From IMG/VR virus record IMGVR_UViG_3300017642_000089: DNA of 64,000 nucleotides; one strand, given 5' to 3'. Both the position numbers and the translations under genes were made by a program. Positions 60,327-64,000 of the stretch are shown in pieces (position 1 is the first letter of the stretch; each line of letters begins with the position of its first letter). The notes under the pieces are model-generated. The model made no database searches. It was not told the DNA's origin and was given only the letters and a program-made list of their open reading frames with translations. This DNA comes from an uncultured virus (IMG/VR IMGVR_UViG_3300017642_000089). Taxonomy: Duplodnaviria; Heunggongvirae; Uroviricota; Caudoviricetes.

Positions 60327-60961
60327 GCAATCCGCTGTGGGACCGGATCGACGCCCGCATTGCCCGCGCCCTGGCCAGCGTGCGCCAGGGATTCCGGGCC
60401 GTGTTGACGGGCCTGGACACCAAGCCGGGCGTGCAGCTTATGCAGGCCGACGGGCTGTCCGGTGAACAGCTGCAAGCCAGCGAGTTGATGCAGCATTTCG
60501 GCTTTACCAGCGCGCCGCCGGCCGGCACGCAGTGCATCGTGCTGCCCTTGGGCGGCAAGAGCGCGCACAGCGTCATTGTGGCCACGGAGTGCGGGGCCTA
60601 CCGCGTGACGGCGCTTCGAAGCGGCGAAGTGGCCGTCTACAATCAAAGCGGCGCCAAGATTGTCCTGAAGGACCAGCGGATTATCGAGATCGACTGCAAG
60701 GATTTGCGCATTGCGGCCGAGGAGTCGGTGACCATCGACACCAGGACGCTTGTTGCGAGCGCCGCGACGCACATGGAACTGCGCAGTCCCGACCTGGACC
60801 TTGGCGGCGACGGCGGCACTGCCGGCAGCGCCCGCATGCACGGGGATTTATGGATCACCGGCACCAGCCAGGCCGATACCGATCACGTCAGCGGCGGCGT
60901 GAGTCTGGTGCACCACCGCCATCCCGGGGATTCGGGAGGGACGACGGGAGAGGCGGAGTAG
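60323..60961 (+). CDS. Baseplate spike (Mu gp45-like)
   Basis: QHFGFTSAPP, GEVAVY, HHRHPGDSG. Confidence 0.9.
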   Translation: MSNPLWDRIDARIARALASVRQGFRAVLTGLDTKPGVQLMQADGLSGEQLQASELMQHFGFTSAPPAGTQCIVLPLGGKSAHSVIVATECGAYRVTALRSGEVAVYNQSGAKIVLKDQRIIEIDCKDLRIAAEESVTIDTRTLVASAATHMELRSPDLDLGGDGGTAGSARMHGDLWITGTSQADTDHVSGGVSLVHHRHPGDSGGTTGEAE

Positions 60962-60991
60962 TTGCTTGATCCCCAGCCTATTTCTTCTGGA

Positions 60992-61609
60992 TTAATTTTG
61001 GGCTCTATAACGCTTCAGTGTAGCCAATAACTCATGGCCTATTTGACGCACAGAAGCTAATTCAATGCCCAAGATTAAGCTGCTATGTCCTGGGGTCTCA
61101 TGGAACCATCCCGTTGCTTCTAATTTCTGAAGCTTGTCAAATTTTCCCTCTATGTCTGGATCAATATGAGCTCCTCCGTCCTTGTTCGCTAGGTATAGAA
61201 CTATATCCTTTCTCGAAAATGTGACGTTATCTTGTGGCTTTATTATAGTTTCGTCCCACCAACATGGGAAATTAACAAGTCTGGCATTGTTAAATTCATC
61301 CAATATTGGCATAAATACGGTTTTAACGTTATTTGAACGCTGGTATGTAAGCCCTTCATGGCTCATGAGATTGCTTGGAGAAAATTCAAAAGATGTATCG
61401 ATGAATTCCAGTGAATTTTTTGCATTTAATTGCGTCAGCAAAGAAATCGATTTGTCTGTGTCATGAACAAGGATCCTTGTGGCTACTGCAATTCTTTTGG
61501 CTTCACTTCTATCCCCTTCGTCGAAAAGTTTGCAAGAAGATTTAATGTGTGAAATTTGCTCATCAAGGGCTTCTTTAAGTTCGACTTCAGTTTTTTTCCT
61601 TTTGGTCAT
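60992..61609 (-). CDS. Low-GC antisense moron, hypothetical (possible HEPN-like)
   Basis: GAGGAGG RBS; LANKDGGAHID motif. Confidence 0.75.
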   Translation of the reverse strand: MTKRKKTEVELKEALDEQISHIKSSCKLFDEGDRSEAKRIAVATRILVHDTDKSISLLTQLNAKNSLEFIDTSFEFSPSNLMSHEGLTYQRSNNVKTVFMPILDEFNNARLVNFPCWWDETIIKPQDNVTFSRKDIVLYLANKDGGAHIDPDIEGKFDKLQKLEATGWFHETPGHSSLILGIELASVRQIGHELLATLKRYRAQN

Positions 61610-61625
61610 ACCATATCCTCCTCTT

Positions 61626-61677
61626 CTGAACCCCTTCACCTATCGCCCCGACCCCTTCCGCCACTACCGTGGCGGCC
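61626..61677 (+). promoter_or_regulatory. Late promoter motif 3 (baseplate/fibre operon)
   Basis: Same 19-bp motif; TACCGT 26 bp after the palindrome; ATG 7 nt later. Confidence 0.75.
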
Positions 61678-62034
61678 ATGGGCATCGACAGGGGACTTGA
61701 TCCCACCACCGGGGATTACGCACAAGCTAATATAAACCATCTAGGAAATGCCGTCTACGTGCGTTTGATGACGCCGCGCGGCTCCTGGTGGGCCGATGCG
61801 ACGCTGGGCTCGCGGCTCAACGAGTTGCAACGCGAGAAGGACGTGTCCCGCGTGCGCAAGCTGGCCGTGCAGTACAGCGAGCAGGCCCTGGCCCCGCTCA
61901 TTGCCGACGGACGCGCCAGAGCCATACGCGTCAGCGCGACACAGCCCCATGACGGCCGCTGCCATTTGCGCATCGAGGTGGACGACGCACTGGGGCGGAC
62001 CACCACCTTTCACCATGCCGTGCAGGTGTACTGA
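61678..62034 (+). CDS. Baseplate protein (Mu gp46-like)
   Basis: GSWWAD..LGSRL, ALAPLIADGRA. Confidence 0.88.
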   Translation: MGIDRGLDPTTGDYAQANINHLGNAVYVRLMTPRGSWWADATLGSRLNELQREKDVSRVRKLAVQYSEQALAPLIADGRARAIRVSATQPHDGRCHLRIEVDDALGRTTTFHHAVQVY

Positions 62035-63092
62035 TGTACGACATTCCCGACTTCGACAGCATACGCGCCACCTACCTGCGCGACGTGAGAAACCTGCTCC
62101 CGGACGCGGCCACAGACGCGGATTCGGACGTCTACGTCCGGGCAATGGCCGCTTCGTCGGCCGTCTATGGCCTGTATCAATACTTGCTGTGGATAGCCCG
62201 GCAGATCATGCCGGACACGGCCGACACCGAGAACCTGGAGCGCCACGCCGCACTTCGCGGCATCACCCGCAAGCCCGGAACAGTGGCCAGCGGCACGGTC
62301 ACCTTCGCCGGCCAGGTCGGCGCGGCCATACCGGCGGGCACGGCCGTCAAGCATGTGGCCACGGGCTTGCTGTGCCTGACGGACGCACTGGCCCAAATCG
62401 GGGAGACCGGCACGACCACCGTGGCCTGCCGCGCATCCGGCGTCGGCGCGGTGCCGGACTACGCCGACGAGCCCGTGCTGGCGGTCAGCACGCCGTCCGG
62501 CGTCCAGTCGCAAGCCGCGCTGACGCTTGCCGGCGGCACGGACGCCGAGACCGACGCCGAACTGCTCGCCCGGCTGCTGGATTACATGCGCAATCCGCCC
62601 GGCGGCGGCAATGCCTACGACTACAGGCGCTGGGCCATGGAAGTGGCCGGCGTGACGGCCGCCTGGTGCTACCCCCTGCGCCGGGGCATCGGGACCGTGG
62701 ACGTGGCGGTGCTTTCCGCCGCCGGCCTGCCGTCCGACGAGCTGGTGGCTGACGTGCAGGCCCAACTGGACGCAAAGCGGCCGGTCGCCTGCCCGGACGT
62801 CAGGGCCTTCGCGCCAACGCCTGTTGCCGTGGACGTGACGGTGCGCCTGCGCGTGAGCGGCACGACGCTTCCCGTGGTCAAGGCCGCCGCGAAGGAGGCG
62901 CTGACGCCGTATTTCGCCGGCCTGGCGCCTGGCGCGCTGGTGCTGCGCTCCCGCATCGAAACCATCCTTTCCGGACTGACCGGCGTGATGGACCGCGAGG
63001 TGGTCACGCCCGCCGCCAACGTCCAGGCCGTGGTGGATGCCACGCATTTGCAGTGGCCACGCCTGGGTACGCTCACCGTGGAGGCCTTGTGA
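62034..63092 (+). CDS. Baseplate J-like protein (Mu gp47)
   Basis: GGTDAETD, PPGGGNAYDY, GTVDV. Confidence 0.92.
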   Translation: MYDIPDFDSIRATYLRDVRNLLPDAATDADSDVYVRAMAASSAVYGLYQYLLWIARQIMPDTADTENLERHAALRGITRKPGTVASGTVTFAGQVGAAIPAGTAVKHVATGLLCLTDALAQIGETGTTTVACRASGVGAVPDYADEPVLAVSTPSGVQSQAALTLAGGTDAETDAELLARLLDYMRNPPGGGNAYDYRRWAMEVAGVTAAWCYPLRRGIGTVDVAVLSAAGLPSDELVADVQAQLDAKRPVACPDVRAFAPTPVAVDVTVRLRVSGTTLPVVKAAAKEALTPYFAGLAPGALVLRSRIETILSGLTGVMDREVVTPAANVQAVVDATHLQWPRLGTLTVEAL

Positions 63093-63667
63093 GCCACGCG
63101 GCGCTTTTGGCCATGCTGCTGCCGCCGGTCAGCTACGCGCCGGGCGAGCGGATGGAACCCGAGCTTGCCGCCGAGGGCGCGGCCCTGGACGCGGTGCATG
63201 CCGGCGCGGCGCGCGCCGTGCGGGGCATCAATCCCTTCCAGGCCACGGAATGGGTGGCGGACTACGAGCGCGTCTACGGCCTGCCCGACACGTGCGCCTT
63301 GCCGGGCCGCACCTACCAGGAACGGCTGGCGGCCCTGGCCATCGCCGTCATGGAGCGCAGGGGCATATCCCGGGCCTACTTCATTCGTCTGGCCGCACTT
63401 ATCGGCTACGCCATCGCCATCACCGAATACAAGCCGTTTACGGCCGGCTCCCGGGCCGGTGATCCGCTCAGTAACGGCAATTGGAAATTCGCCTGGTGCG
63501 TGCAGGCCCCGGCCGTGACGCTACGGCGCTTCGCCGCCGGCCGCAGTTGCGCCGGCGAGGCGCTGGCCGAATGGGGCGATGCATATCTGGAATGCGTCAT
63601 GCGCCGGCTTAAGCCCGCGCACACACAGGTGCTTTTTGCCTACGGAGGAACCTATGCACAGGATTGA
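63089..63667 (+). CDS. YmfQ/DUF2313 baseplate protein (Mu gp48)
   Basis: LLPP, ERVYGLPD, LECVMRRLKPAHT. Confidence 0.9.
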   Translation: MSHAALLAMLLPPVSYAPGERMEPELAAEGAALDAVHAGAARAVRGINPFQATEWVADYERVYGLPDTCALPGRTYQERLAALAIAVMERRGISRAYFIRLAALIGYAIAITEYKPFTAGSRAGDPLSNGNWKFAWCVQAPAVTLRRFAAGRSCAGEALAEWGDAYLECVMRRLKPAHTQVLFAYGGTYAQD

Positions 63668-64000
63668 TACGGCCACGGCCTTGCCCGGCGGCACCTTCAC
63701 CGAGGGCGACCCCATGGTGCCGGTGCCGGCCACGGAGGTCAGCGCCGACTGGCTCAACGCCGTGCAGGCGGAGCTTGCCGCCGTCATCACGGCGGCCGGC
63801 ATCGCCCTGGACAAGCAGGACAACGCGCAACTGGCCAAGGCCATCGCGGCCTTGCTCGCCGCCCACGCAGCGGCCGATCCGGCGCATCCGGCAAGCAAGG
63901 TCGGCTTTAACAATGCCGTGGCCGCACTTGCGGGGAATCCGACACGTGTGCAGGCCGCCATCGAAGCGCTCACCACCAAACTGACAGTTGCCCTCAATGA
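63654..64000 (+). CDS. Tail fibre protein, N-terminal part (truncated by window)
   Basis: MHRIDT..FTEGDP..ADWLNAVQAEL; not in the ORF track because no stop occurs in the window. Confidence 0.85.
   Translation, partial: MHRIDTATALPGGTFTEGDPMVPVPATEVSADWLNAVQAELAAVITAAGIALDKQDNAQLAKAIAALLAAHAAADPAHPASKVGFNNAVAALAGNPTRVQAAIEALTTKLTVALN

Larger units (their letters stand above)
31795..64000 (+). mobile_element. Mu-like transposable prophage (contractile tail); right end beyond the window
   Basis: Repressor-ner-A-B-gemA-mor-lysis-terminase-portal-F-G-I-T-tail-baseplate in Mu order. Confidence 0.95.

Noticed and set aside
33119..63997. Long antisense and alternate-frame ORFs in the prophage (e.g. 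55705-57951, 53354-55351, 35642-37384)
   Set aside because: Shadow ORFs of high-GC coding DNA overlapping well-supported phage genes
1..64000. tRNA/rRNA genes or a tRNA-derived att site
   Set aside because: No tRNA cloverleaf or rRNA-like sequence recognised by eye; a tRNAscan run would be needed to exclude them fully

Overview
The window has two mobile parts and no housekeeping genes. Flagellin motifs suggest a Desulfovibrio-like host (inference). (1) About 1-31.7 kb is a mosaic genomic island. It holds a type I R-M operon (hsdM, hsdS; hsdR not in the window) with interleaved GmrSD-like, TIGR02391/HEPN-like and STAND-like NTPase genes. It also holds two tyrosine recombinases with a 13-8-13 lox-like site, a radical SAM + DUF927 helicase module, a sigma54-type flagellin carrying seven ~57-aa repeats plus a PDZ gene, and a D5 primase module with a TGT/DpdA-fold gene. 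A family of same-orientation ~125-200 bp repeats punctuates the cargo. Each begins with the right arm of the lox-like site and keeps a fixed 97-bp internal spacing, making it a candidate cassette/recombination system. (2) About 31.8 kb to the end is an apparently intact Mu-like myophage, from the left end and repressor to the start of the tail fibre. It has three conserved late-promoter motifs, each abutting a low-GC moron, a MuF head protein with a nuclease-like C-terminal extension followed by a predicted pseudoknotted RNA, an embedded o-spanin and a -1 frameshift tail chaperone. All family calls come from motifs read by eye and from synteny; no searches were run.
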